NCBI GenBank assembly: GCA_016205145.1 | Contig: JACQJH010000001.1 | Coordinates: forward strand, 390,001 to 422,000 | DNA length: 32,000 nucleotides | Reading direction: 5' to 3' | From: Candidatus Iainarchaeum sp. | Lineage (GTDB): Archaea > Iainarchaeota > Iainarchaeia > Iainarchaeales > JACQJH01 | Shown: piece by piece, positions 16,050-24,085 of the stretch | Numbering within the stretch: position 1 is the stretch's first letter | Layout: the number at the start of each line of letters is the position of its first letter | Translations under genes and position numbers: made by a program | Notes under the pieces: generated by a model | The model's input: the letters and a program-made list of their open reading frames with translations, nothing else | The model's database searches: none | Told to the model about the DNA's origin: nothing

Positions 16050-16682
16050 ATGTCACAGGTTCTTGTCACGGCTTTCGGCGAGGACATGGAAACAGTGTTC
16101 CCGATAATAAAGTCGTTCCAGCTTGAAAAAATCATTCTCCTGGCGACAAAGGATTCGCTTGAAAATGCGAACGCGTTTCTCAAGGAATTCGACAAGTTCG
16201 GCATCTCAGGCAAAACTTACGGGCTGAAGGACTGCTCGATTGAGGAAGTTTTCAGGGCAATCAAGTGGGTTGTGGGTTCCGAAAAGGGAAATGAAGTGAT
16301 AATCAGCGTCGCCTCCGGCAACAAGATTGTCGCCTGCCTCATGGTTTCCGCCGCCTTTGTGAACGGCCTCAAAGCGGTCGGGGTGCAGGACGGAAAAGTG
16401 GTTTTGCTGCCGATAATGAAATTCTCCTATTACAAGCTGCTTTCAGGGCAGAAACTGAAAATAATGGAATTCCTTGTCAGCATGCCGCAGTGCTGTTCCT
16501 CGATTGAAGAGCTTTCAAAGCAGATCGGCTTGAGCCTGCCATTGCTTTCATACCATTTGAACGGCACCCCCAAAGCGGAGGGCCTGAAACAGATGGGGCT
16601 TATTTTGACAGAAGAGAAGGGCAGGAAAACAAGGGTCGAACTGACGCCGTTGGGAAGAATGCTTGTCGCGGGCCATTTGTGA
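16050..16682 (+). CDS. second Csa3-like regulator: CARF-type Rossmann-like N-domain plus ArsR-like wHTH
   Basis: MSQVLVTAFGEDMETVFPIIKSFQLEKIILLATKDS and VIISVASGNKIVACLMVSAAFVNG match the Csa3 fold pattern. The C-terminal wHTH reads LSGQKLKIMEFLV..SIEELSKQIGLSLPLLSYHLNG..GLILTEEKGRKTRVELTPLGR. A T/A box (tttttttaaaag) lies about 20-30 nt upstream of the ATG. Confidence 0.6.
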   Translation: MSQVLVTAFGEDMETVFPIIKSFQLEKIILLATKDSLENANAFLKEFDKFGISGKTYGLKDCSIEEVFRAIKWVVGSEKGNEVIISVASGNKIVACLMVSAAFVNGLKAVGVQDGKVVLLPIMKFSYYKLLSGQKLKIMEFLVSMPQCCSSIEELSKQIGLSLPLLSYHLNGTPKAEGLKQMGLILTEEKGRKTRVELTPLGRMLVAGHL

Positions 16683-16702
16683 AACTGGCGAGTTTCAGAT
16701 TT

Positions 16703-17671
16703 TCATTTGATCAGCGGCTTCCACCATTTTTCGTTTGCCTTGTACCATTCGACTGTTTCCTTGAGGCCTTCCTCGAACGGCTTTTTCGGCTTCCATCCAA
16801 GCTCGTTTTTGATTTTTGAGAATCCGACGCTGTACCGCAAATCGTGGCCGGGCCTGTCCTGGACGCGTTCGATCATTTCCTCGCCCCTGCCCAGCAGAGA
16901 GAGTATTTTGCGCGTCAGTTCGATGTTTGTGGTCTTGTTGTCCGCACCGATGTTGTAGATTTCACCCGCTTTTCCTTTCCTAAGGACCAGGTCGACTGCC
17001 TCGCAGTTGTCTTTCACGAAAAGCCAGTCCCTGACATTCTTCCCGGGGCCGTACAACGGAACCTTTTTCCCGCGCAAAATGTTTGTTATGAAAAGCGGTA
17101 TGACTTTTTCCGGAAACTGGTATGGGCCGTAATTGTTGCTGCTCCGCGTAACCGAAACATTCAGGCCGAAAGTGTTGTGATACGATAGCGCCAGCAAATC
17201 CGATGCGGCTTTCGTTGCAGAATACGGGTTTCTCGGCTTGAGCGCGTCGCTTTCGCTTGACGAGCCCTTTTCCACGCTGCCGTAAACCTCGTCAGTGCCG
17301 ATCTGCACAAACCTTTCAATGCCCTGCTTTCCCGCTTGGTTCAGCAAAACCATTGTTCCCTTAACGTTCGTTTCCGCGAACACTGCCGGATTTTTGATTG
17401 AGTTGTCGACGTGCGATTCCGCGGCAAAGTTGACGACACCATCGCAGCCGTTCATCGCTTTTTCAACGTCTTTCTCGTTTGCGATGTCTCCGTGCACAAA
17501 AGAATAGCGCCCGTTGTTTTCCACGTCGGAAAGGCTTTCTTTCCTTCCGCAGTATGTCAGCTTGTCAAGATTGACGACCGACAAATCCGGGTATTTTTCC
17601 AGGACGAAATGCAAGAAATTGCCGCCGATGAAGCCGCAGCCGCCCGTGACAAGGATTTTTTTCAATTCCAT
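16703..17671 (-). CDS. rmlB: dTDP-glucose 4,6-dehydratase
   Basis: Textbook RmlB motifs are present: ILVTGGCGFIGGNF, AAESHVDNSI, GTDEVYGS, YSATKAASDLL, NNYGPYQFPEKVIPLF, GKNVRDWLFV, DRPGHDLRY and WYKANEKWW. I used ATG 17671 (MELKKILVTGG), which lies 10 nt after the upstream stop. Confidence 0.9.
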   Translation of the reverse strand: MELKKILVTGGCGFIGGNFLHFVLEKYPDLSVVNLDKLTYCGRKESLSDVENNGRYSFVHGDIANEKDVEKAMNGCDGVVNFAAESHVDNSIKNPAVFAETNVKGTMVLLNQAGKQGIERFVQIGTDEVYGSVEKGSSSESDALKPRNPYSATKAASDLLALSYHNTFGLNVSVTRSSNNYGPYQFPEKVIPLFITNILRGKKVPLYGPGKNVRDWLFVKDNCEAVDLVLRKGKAGEIYNIGADNKTTNIELTRKILSLLGRGEEMIERVQDRPGHDLRYSVGFSKIKNELGWKPKKPFEEGLKETVEWYKANEKWWKPLIK

Positions 17672-17681
17672 TCTGTTCACT

Positions 17682-18659
17682 TCAATGATTTTTGTCGGCG
17701 AAAACGCTTTTATACCATTCAACGGTCTGCCTTATGCCGTCCCCGAATGCAGTTTCGGCGCGCCAGCCGATTTTTTCCGCGGCCGCAACCGAAAAAACGC
17801 TTTCATCCTCTTCCCTGAATGCCGGCTCGACGAATTCCGGCTTCAGTTTGGAGCCGGTTTCCTTCAGGATTGCCTCGACAGCTTCAAGAATGGTTTTCTG
17901 CCTGCCGCTCGCGACATTGAACGCTTTGCCTTTCACTGCGCCAAAATCCGACAACGCCAGAATGTAAAATCCGGCGGTGTCTTTCACGAAAACGAAATCC
18001 CTTTTCGCCTTTCCGTGGCCGCGCAGGACGGGCGGCTTTCCGCCGAGCACGCGCATTACTGTGTTCGGCACAAGCCTGTTTGCATTCGGGTCTTTCGGCC
18101 CGTAGATGTTTCCGGCGCGCGTCACGCAGACATCCAAACCAGAGCTTTTTCCGAATGCGAGCGCGAGCCTGTCGGCATAAGCCTTGCTTTCGCCGTAAAC
18201 CGTTGCAGCGTTTAGCGGGGCGCCCTCATCAACTGTTCCAGCGCTTTTTTCGCCGTAAACCTTTCCGCTCGAGGCTACAACCACGCCTTTCACGTTGCTT
18301 TGCCTTGCCGATTCCAAAACATTCCACGTGCCCTGAACGTTGGCTCGGAAAGTTTCAAGGAATGCCTTCTCGCCTTTTCCGACGCTTGACTGCGCAGCCA
18401 GGTGAATGCAGTAATCAGGCTTTTCCGCGCCGAAAATTTTTTGCATGCCTTCAAAGCCGGTTATGCTGCCTTCAGCAAGCCTGACTTTTTTTTCAATTCC
18501 GTGCAATGCAAGCGAACCGGTTTTTTTCCCGTCGCGTGCCAGCACAACGACTTTCGCCTTTTCTTCAACCAGCGCCCTGCACAGCCACCCGCCCAGAAAG
18601 CCCGTGCCGCCCGTGACAAGGATTTTTTTTCCAGAAAGATTTCCGGCCATCGATAACAC
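17682..18659 (-). CDS. NAD-dependent sugar epimerase/dehydratase (extended SDR)
   Basis: It has GKKILVTGGTGFLGGWLCRAL (the Rossmann GxxGxxG motif) and the catalytic YGESK (YxxxK). Substrate is not assignable by eye. Confidence 0.8.
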   Translation of the reverse strand: MLSMAGNLSGKKILVTGGTGFLGGWLCRALVEEKAKVVVLARDGKKTGSLALHGIEKKVRLAEGSITGFEGMQKIFGAEKPDYCIHLAAQSSVGKGEKAFLETFRANVQGTWNVLESARQSNVKGVVVASSGKVYGEKSAGTVDEGAPLNAATVYGESKAYADRLALAFGKSSGLDVCVTRAGNIYGPKDPNANRLVPNTVMRVLGGKPPVLRGHGKAKRDFVFVKDTAGFYILALSDFGAVKGKAFNVASGRQKTILEAVEAILKETGSKLKPEFVEPAFREEDESVFSVAAAEKIGWRAETAFGDGIRQTVEWYKSVFADKNH

Positions 18660-18675
18660 CGCGTTTCATTTTTCA

Positions 18676-19572
18676 TTATAGCAATAGCTTTCCGTGCCTG
18701 ACGCTGCCAATAAGGCGCGAAAGCTTCAATGCAATAACAAAACCTATTCCCAAAAACACAATTAAAGCGGTATGCAACGGCGACCTGTTCTGGATGAATG
18801 TTATGCCGCGCGGGCTCGACAATGAAAAATTCGCTTTCGGATGCCAGCCTCCGGTCGCAATCCCGAAATCCTTCGCCGGATTCACGAGGAAACCGAATTT
18901 CACGTCCAAAAACTTTCCCGCAAGCTTCAGATGCTTTTTGTAAAGCAAAACGTCGTTCTGGTGGTAGGCAAGCCTTTTCAGAACATACCGCACAAGGTTC
19001 AGGAATCCCTTCGGCTTGGTTTCCACGTGGTCGTGGAAATAACGCGCCTTGACGGAAACGAATTCGTATCCAAGTTCCATTGTTTTGAAAGCCAAATCCG
19101 TGTCCTCGCGGTAATAAAAATAGTCCTCGTCATACCCGCCAACCCTGTCAAGCAAATCCTTCCTGAATGCAGTGCTCGTTCCGCCAAACCCGCCATAACC
19201 GGAAACCACTCCAACTTTCCGGTTTTCAAACGGCTTCACCAATTCGGCGAGCCAGTCCCTGTCCGGAACGCAGTCGTGGTCCATGTTCACGACAATTTTC
19301 CCTGAAGCCTTTGCAATGCCCGCATTTCTCGCTTTGCAAACGCCCTGGTTTTTTTCGAAATTGACAAAGGAAATTTTTTTGTTCCGGCTGAATTCCTCCG
19401 CCATCATTTCCCTTGTGCCGTCAGTGCTCCCGTCGCTGACGACAATGATTTCGTAAGGCGCACTGTAATCGAGCGAAAGCATCGCCTTCAAGACCCTGCG
19501 CAGGACCTTGGCGTTGTTGTACGTCGCAATGACGACTGAAACGCGCGGAAGATTTTTTTCATGCAAACTCAT
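18676..19572 (-). CDS. glycosyltransferase, GT2 family, with a C-terminal TM anchor
   Basis: It has VSVVIATYNNAKVLRRVLKAMLSL..EIIVVSDGSTDGT and NMDHDC (a DxD-like motif). It overlaps the upstream GT4 gene by 4 nt. Confidence 0.85.
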   Translation of the reverse strand: MSLHEKNLPRVSVVIATYNNAKVLRRVLKAMLSLDYSAPYEIIVVSDGSTDGTREMMAEEFSRNKKISFVNFEKNQGVCKARNAGIAKASGKIVVNMDHDCVPDRDWLAELVKPFENRKVGVVSGYGGFGGTSTAFRKDLLDRVGGYDEDYFYYREDTDLAFKTMELGYEFVSVKARYFHDHVETKPKGFLNLVRYVLKRLAYHQNDVLLYKKHLKLAGKFLDVKFGFLVNPAKDFGIATGGWHPKANFSLSSPRGITFIQNRSPLHTALIVFLGIGFVIALKLSRLIGSVRHGKLLL

Positions 19573-20708
19573 TTTTTCGCCTTCACAGAATATTCTTTCA
19601 CAAGAGCCGCAAAAGTTTTTTCAAGCATGTCGACCGTTGCGCCGATTGAATATTTTTTCAAAAACCTTTTTCCCGCCTTCCTTCCGAGTTCCCTGCGCAG
19701 CTCCGGGTTTTCAATCAGCCGGTTTATCGCCTCCGCAATCGCCTTTTCGTCTTCAGCCTTCACGGCCAATGCCGTGTTTCCGACCAATTCGCGCACGCTG
19801 CCGACGTCGGTTGCAATGCACGCATTGCCGGCGGCCATGTTTTCAAGCAGTGAAATGCTTGTCGAAAACTCGTAGACAAAGGAATGCGGGGAAATGTCGG
19901 TTGCTGCGAGAACGTCAAGCGCTTTTCCCGACACCACGTGCCCGCCGAACAGGGCGCTTTTCTGCAGGCCGAGCCTTTCAACCAGTCCGACAAGCCTGTG
20001 CCTGTCGTTGCCGTCGCCGAAAATGACGAGCTTCCAGCCGGGATGCTTTTCCGCGACAGCCCTCATTGCCTTCACTATGAATTCGATGCCCAGGACATTG
20101 GAACCCCAGAGCGTGCGGAAAACGATGATGAGGTTTTTTCCGTACCTGTCGCGCACCCATTTGCCCCTGCCTTTCACATTGTAGTTTTCCGCCTTCAGCG
20201 CCGCGCCCTGCACAATGATTTTCTTTTCCGGAATTCCCCAGGGCAAAAGGAATTTTTCCTTCATGTTCTGCGTCCATACAATGAGCTTGTCGTAATTGAG
20301 TTTTGGCAAAAGGAATTTTTCCGCGGCATGGATTGTTTTGGTGTGAAGCGTCTTGTTCTGCGAGCTAATCAGTTCAATTAGCAGGACGTGCGGAATGCCA
20401 AGCTTTTCCTTGACTCTGTGGCCGAGCCACCCCATCATGGAATTCGAATGGCTCATGACAATGTCCGGCCTGAATTCTTCCGCTTTTTTCAAAACCCTTC
20501 CGGCAAACAATGGCGCTTCGAACTTGTAAAACGCATGGTGCCCGAAGACCGGCAGATAAAGCATTTCCGCGCCCGCAACGTCGTGCCTCATCGTGCTGAC
20601 AACGCACGCATTGTGCCCGCGGGCGACAAGCTCTTTTATTATGTCCCTGCAGTAGATTTCGGAACCGCCTTTCGGGCCGAGAACGGACGTGATGTAGAGT
20701 ATTCTCAC
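19569..20708 (-). CDS. glycosyltransferase, GT4 family
   Basis: It begins (V)RILYITSVLGPKGGSEIYCRDIIKELVARGH, and its C-terminal domain has an EX7E-like region (YEFSTSISLLENMAAGNACI). I prefer GTG 20708 over the track TTG 20735 because a TTTAAA box at 20741-20746 lies about 35 nt upstream of it. Confidence 0.8.
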   Translation of the reverse strand: MRILYITSVLGPKGGSEIYCRDIIKELVARGHNACVVSTMRHDVAGAEMLYLPVFGHHAFYKFEAPLFAGRVLKKAEEFRPDIVMSHSNSMMGWLGHRVKEKLGIPHVLLIELISSQNKTLHTKTIHAAEKFLLPKLNYDKLIVWTQNMKEKFLLPWGIPEKKIIVQGAALKAENYNVKGRGKWVRDRYGKNLIIVFRTLWGSNVLGIEFIVKAMRAVAEKHPGWKLVIFGDGNDRHRLVGLVERLGLQKSALFGGHVVSGKALDVLAATDISPHSFVYEFSTSISLLENMAAGNACIATDVGSVRELVGNTALAVKAEDEKAIAEAINRLIENPELRRELGRKAGKRFLKKYSIGATVDMLEKTFAALVKEYSVKAKK

Positions 20709-20764
20709 CAAAACCAAAAATAAAAAACGCAACAAAAGGATTTAAAGCTGCGTTTTCCTGGTGC

Positions 20765-20831
20765 AAAAATCGAACGGCGGTTTCGTCCGCCGGGTTCGCC
20801 GACGGGTACTTTGCTACGCGCAGTACCCGTC
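20765..20831 (-). terminator. two stem-loops followed by T5 on the minus strand, downstream of the SDR gene
   Basis: One stem is GACGGGTACT/AGTACCCGTC (10 bp, 20801-20831). The other is CGGCGG/CCGCCG (6 bp, 20775-20792). An A-run on the plus strand at 20765-20769 gives TTTTT on the coding strand. Confidence 0.45.
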
Positions 20832-20842
20832 TGCGTTATAAT

Positions 20843-21967
20843 TCAGGCGAGGCCCTTGCGTTTGAGTTCTTCCGCCGCCTCGTCGAACCTGTCTTCGGCC
20901 TGCACCGAAGCGCTCCATTCAATGATTTCTTTCATGCCTTTCTCGAATGAAACGCCCGGCCTGAAGCCCAGCTTTGAGCGTATTTTTGAAATGTCGGCAA
21001 AGCAGTGGCGGATGTCGCCTTTCCTGAATTTTTTCGTTATTTCAGGTTTCAGGTCCGAGCCGTAAAGCGAGATTATGGTTTCAGCGACTTTTCTTATGCT
21101 CAATGCGCTGCCGCCGCCGACATTGAAGGTTTCATAGTTTGCTGCACTGGATTCCATTGCAAGCAGGTTCGCCTTTGCAACGTCGTGCACGCTTACAAAA
21201 TCGCGCGTCTGCAGGCCGTCCTCGTAGATGACCGGCGCCTTGCCGTTTTTCACGCGTGACATGAAAATCGCGCACACGCCGGTGTAAGGGTTGCTTAACG
21301 ATTGGCGCGGCCCGAAAACATTGAAATAGCGCAGCGCGACAGCCGGAATGCCATAAGCCTTTCCGACCATCAAGAGCATTTCCTCCTGGTCCTTTTTGGT
21401 GAGGGCGTAAACGCTTTCGCAGTTCTGCCTTTTGGTTTCCGGCGTCGGCATCGCAATAAGCTTGCCGTTGCACGCACTGCACTTGAACTCCCATCTGCCT
21501 TCCGCCATCTGCTTTTCGCTTCTCAGCGTCGGCTCGAAAAGCTTTCCGCATAACCCGCACTTGTACAGGCCTTCGCCGTACGAGCTCATGCTTGCCGCTA
21601 CAACCATTTTTTCGATTGGATAATGGCCGTTCACAACCGCTTCCAGCAGGTTTGAGGTGCCGAGGTTGTTTGTCCTGACGTAATAGTTGATTTCGTACAT
21701 GCTCTGCCCGACGCCGACTGCCGCGGCCTCGTGGAAAACGACCTGCACGTCCTGCAATGCCTTTTGCACGTCCTCTTTTTTTGTCACGTCGCCGAACAGG
21801 AATTCCGCCTGCGGGTTCAGCCAGGCCGGCTTTTCGCCATTCGGGTGCACCTGCCTGTCGAGATTGTCGAGAATTCTGACATCATGCCCTTTTTCGACAA
21901 GCGCGTCGACTATGTGCGAGCCGATGAAGCCAGCGCCGCCCGTGACAAGAACCTTTTTGGTTTCCAT
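20843..21967 (-). CDS. NAD-dependent sugar epimerase/dehydratase (extended SDR) with an inserted CxxC...CxxC zinc ribbon
   Basis: It has KKVLVTGGAGFIGSHIVDAL and the catalytic YALTK. The insert YKCGLCGKLFEPTLRSEKQMAEGRWEFKCSACNGKL lies between the conserved Ser region and the YxxxK motif. Confidence 0.85.
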   Translation of the reverse strand: METKKVLVTGGAGFIGSHIVDALVEKGHDVRILDNLDRQVHPNGEKPAWLNPQAEFLFGDVTKKEDVQKALQDVQVVFHEAAAVGVGQSMYEINYYVRTNNLGTSNLLEAVVNGHYPIEKMVVAASMSSYGEGLYKCGLCGKLFEPTLRSEKQMAEGRWEFKCSACNGKLIAMPTPETKRQNCESVYALTKKDQEEMLLMVGKAYGIPAVALRYFNVFGPRQSLSNPYTGVCAIFMSRVKNGKAPVIYEDGLQTRDFVSVHDVAKANLLAMESSAANYETFNVGGGSALSIRKVAETIISLYGSDLKPEITKKFRKGDIRHCFADISKIRSKLGFRPGVSFEKGMKEIIEWSASVQAEDRFDEAAEELKRKGLA

Positions 21968-22024
21968 TGAAAAACCTTAAACAAAAATCGGCTGGTTAGG
22001 AAATAAAAAAGAATCAGTTGGGCT

Positions 22025-23032
22025 TTAATGTTGTTCCGGCTTCTGCTGCCTTATCTTGCGCCGGATTTTTTTTATCAAATCCAACAGGGCCCTCCTTCGT
22101 TCGACAAGGTAATTATTTTCTGTTATTATTTGCATGATTTCCGGAGAATCTTCCGGTTCACCCCTGACAAGAAGCGCCCTCCGCCGCGCTTTTGCCGCTT
22201 TTATCCTGCGCTCGACGCTTGGAAGCATTATTTCATAGTCTGTCAAATAGTCCGGGAGTGTTTTTTGCCTTTTTGCGGCTTGTTCCTGCCCGGCCGTGGC
22301 TTGGCGTATGTTCGCGTTTTTGATTCTCCTCCTCCATTCGTCTTTTCTTTGTTCGAAAAGGGCTTTTGGAATGAAATAAAGGCTCCTTATTTCGGTGTCG
22401 AACAGCATCCCCTTTTCCAGCGTGATGAACGGAATCAGGCCGGTTTTTCTCCATTTGTTTGCGGCTTGAAGGCTTATCCCCATCTGTTCTGCAAATTCTG
22501 AGATTGTCATGTGGTCTTCTAGGAATTCCTTTGTAAACTGCTTTTTCCTTTCAAGCGCAATTATTGATTTAGCGTCCACGGCATATGCCTGGCCGGGGGT
22601 TCCCGTGTTGTGGCCGGAGAGGACACCGTCTTGAATCAACTGCCGGACCTGCCGTTCTTTTATGCCGAGTCTCCTTGCGGCTTCCGCAACTGTGATGCCA
22701 TGCCTTCGCTGCCTTAAATTTTCAACCGCCTGCCTGTCAAAGAAAAGCGATTCATGCGAGCCTCTGGCACCGTTCAGGCTTCGGTGCACAAGCACGCCTG
22801 CTCCGACGAGATTGTACACGCGTTCCCTGCTTATGCCAAGGTGTGCTGCAGCCATCTCCGGAGTCAGGATACTGCTGAGGTGATGAACAGTTTCAGGGCT
22901 GACATGCCAAACCCCGTTTATTTTCTCGCCCGGAATGATCCCCTGTTGCAACCACTGTTTCATCTGTTCTCTAGTCATCCAGTTTACGAACCCTGCAGCT
23001 TCTTTTATATTATAGCGCCTTGGTTCCGGCAT
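22025..23032 (-). CDS. DNA-binding protein with four tandem excisionase/MerR-type HTH domains and a basic coiled-coil tail
   Basis: The four repeats are YNIKEAAGFVNWMTREQMKQWLQQGIIPG, LTPEMAAAHLGISRERVYNLVGAGVLV, ITVAEAARRLGIKERQVRQLIQDGVLSG and MTISEFAEQMGISLQAANKWRKTGLIPF. It has its own T/A box (CTATAAAAAG on the minus strand) about 25-35 nt upstream. Confidence 0.7.
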   Translation of the reverse strand: MPEPRRYNIKEAAGFVNWMTREQMKQWLQQGIIPGEKINGVWHVSPETVHHLSSILTPEMAAAHLGISRERVYNLVGAGVLVHRSLNGARGSHESLFFDRQAVENLRQRRHGITVAEAARRLGIKERQVRQLIQDGVLSGHNTGTPGQAYAVDAKSIIALERKKQFTKEFLEDHMTISEFAEQMGISLQAANKWRKTGLIPFITLEKGMLFDTEIRSLYFIPKALFEQRKDEWRRRIKNANIRQATAGQEQAAKRQKTLPDYLTDYEIMLPSVERRIKAAKARRRALLVRGEPEDSPEIMQIITENNYLVERRRALLDLIKKIRRKIRQQKPEQH

Positions 23033-23071
23033 GGAAATAGGTTATGCGTTTGAACTTTTTATAGTTTTTTG

Positions 23072-24085
23072 CTATGCAAAAAGCCCTTTGTTGGCTTTCA
23101 CCCATTCAACAAGCCTTGCCACGCCTTCTTTCGCGCTTGTTTTCGGTTTCCAGCCGAATTCCTGCTCGGCCCTGCGAATGTCCGAAACGTAGCATGGCTG
23201 GTCGCCCGGGCGCCAGCCGGAAAAAGAGTAATCGATTTTTTTGCCAAACAGTTCTTCGAGATAATCCAAGAGTTCAAGCAATGACAGCGTGTTTTTCGGC
23301 CCGCCGCCGACATTGAAAATTTTTCCCCTGGTCTTGTCGGTTTTTGCTGCCGCGGCCTCGAATGCGTCCAGCAGATCCTGCACGTACAATACGTCGCGCA
23401 CCTGCTTTCCGTTGCCGTAAACCGTTATTTTTTTTCCGAGTTCCGCGGCAATCGCAAACCATGCGACCCAGCCCTGGTCCTCCACTCCGAACTGCCTTTC
23501 GCCGTAAATGCAGCTCTGCCTCAGCACGACAGTGTTCAAACCGTAAATGCGCGCGTAATCCCTCACATACTGGTCAGCCGAGCCTTTGCTGCAGCCGTAA
23601 GGCGAGTGGAAGTCAAGCAGGGCGCTTTCAGGTATGCCGTTGGGCAGATCCGCATACGAATACCTGGTTTTGCCTTCAACAACCCTTATAGTTTCCATTC
23701 CGCCGTAAACCTTGTTTGTCGAAGAAAAAATCAGCGGGGCAGTGGATTTTGCAGTGCGCATTGCCTCAAGCACGTTGAACGTCCCCAAAGCGTTGTCGTT
23801 GAAGTCCTGTCGCGGGTCCTGCACTGATGTGGTGACCGCAACCTGGCCAGCCAAATGGAATATCCTGTCGGCTTTTGCGATTTCCATGTCCAAAATCTTC
23901 TGGTCCTTTGAAACGTCGCATTTTTGGATGCGCACGTTTTTTTCCTGTTTAATCCATTTGGCGTTTTCGCCTGAGCCTTTCCTTGAAAGGTTGTCCAAGA
24001 CAACAACGCTTTCGCCTTTTTCAGCCAGCCTTTTCGCGAGGTTTGCGCCTATGAAGCCTGCGCCGCCCGTGATGACAGATTTCAT
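23072..24085 (-). CDS. NAD-dependent sugar epimerase, CDP-paratose/tyvelose 2-epimerase-like SDR
   Basis: It has MKSVITGGAGFIGANLAKRL, YGCSKGSADQY (YxxxK), GNGKQVRDVLYVQDL, NVGGGPKNTLSLLELLDYLEE and WRPGDQPCYVSDIRRAEQEFGWKPK. Its start overlaps the upstream stop (ATGA at 24082-24085). The track ORF extension to 24424 is an artefact. Confidence 0.75.
   Translation of the reverse strand: MKSVITGGAGFIGANLAKRLAEKGESVVVLDNLSRKGSGENAKWIKQEKNVRIQKCDVSKDQKILDMEIAKADRIFHLAGQVAVTTSVQDPRQDFNDNALGTFNVLEAMRTAKSTAPLIFSSTNKVYGGMETIRVVEGKTRYSYADLPNGIPESALLDFHSPYGCSKGSADQYVRDYARIYGLNTVVLRQSCIYGERQFGVEDQGWVAWFAIAAELGKKITVYGNGKQVRDVLYVQDLLDAFEAAAAKTDKTRGKIFNVGGGPKNTLSLLELLDYLEELFGKKIDYSFSGWRPGDQPCYVSDIRRAEQEFGWKPKTSAKEGVARLVEWVKANKGLFA

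Noticed and set aside
15875-16213. 112-aa minus-strand ORF spanning the start of the second Csa3-like gene
   Set aside because: It overlaps the better-supported plus-strand gene and its promoter. It has no motifs and no obvious T/A box.
21994-23044. Short shared words flanking the four-HTH gene (GGTTAGGAAATA at 21994-22005 and GGAAATAGGTTA at 23033-23044), considered as possible att-like direct repeats
   Set aside because: Only 5-7 nt words are shared, and in permuted order. That is too short to distinguish from chance, and no integrase is present.
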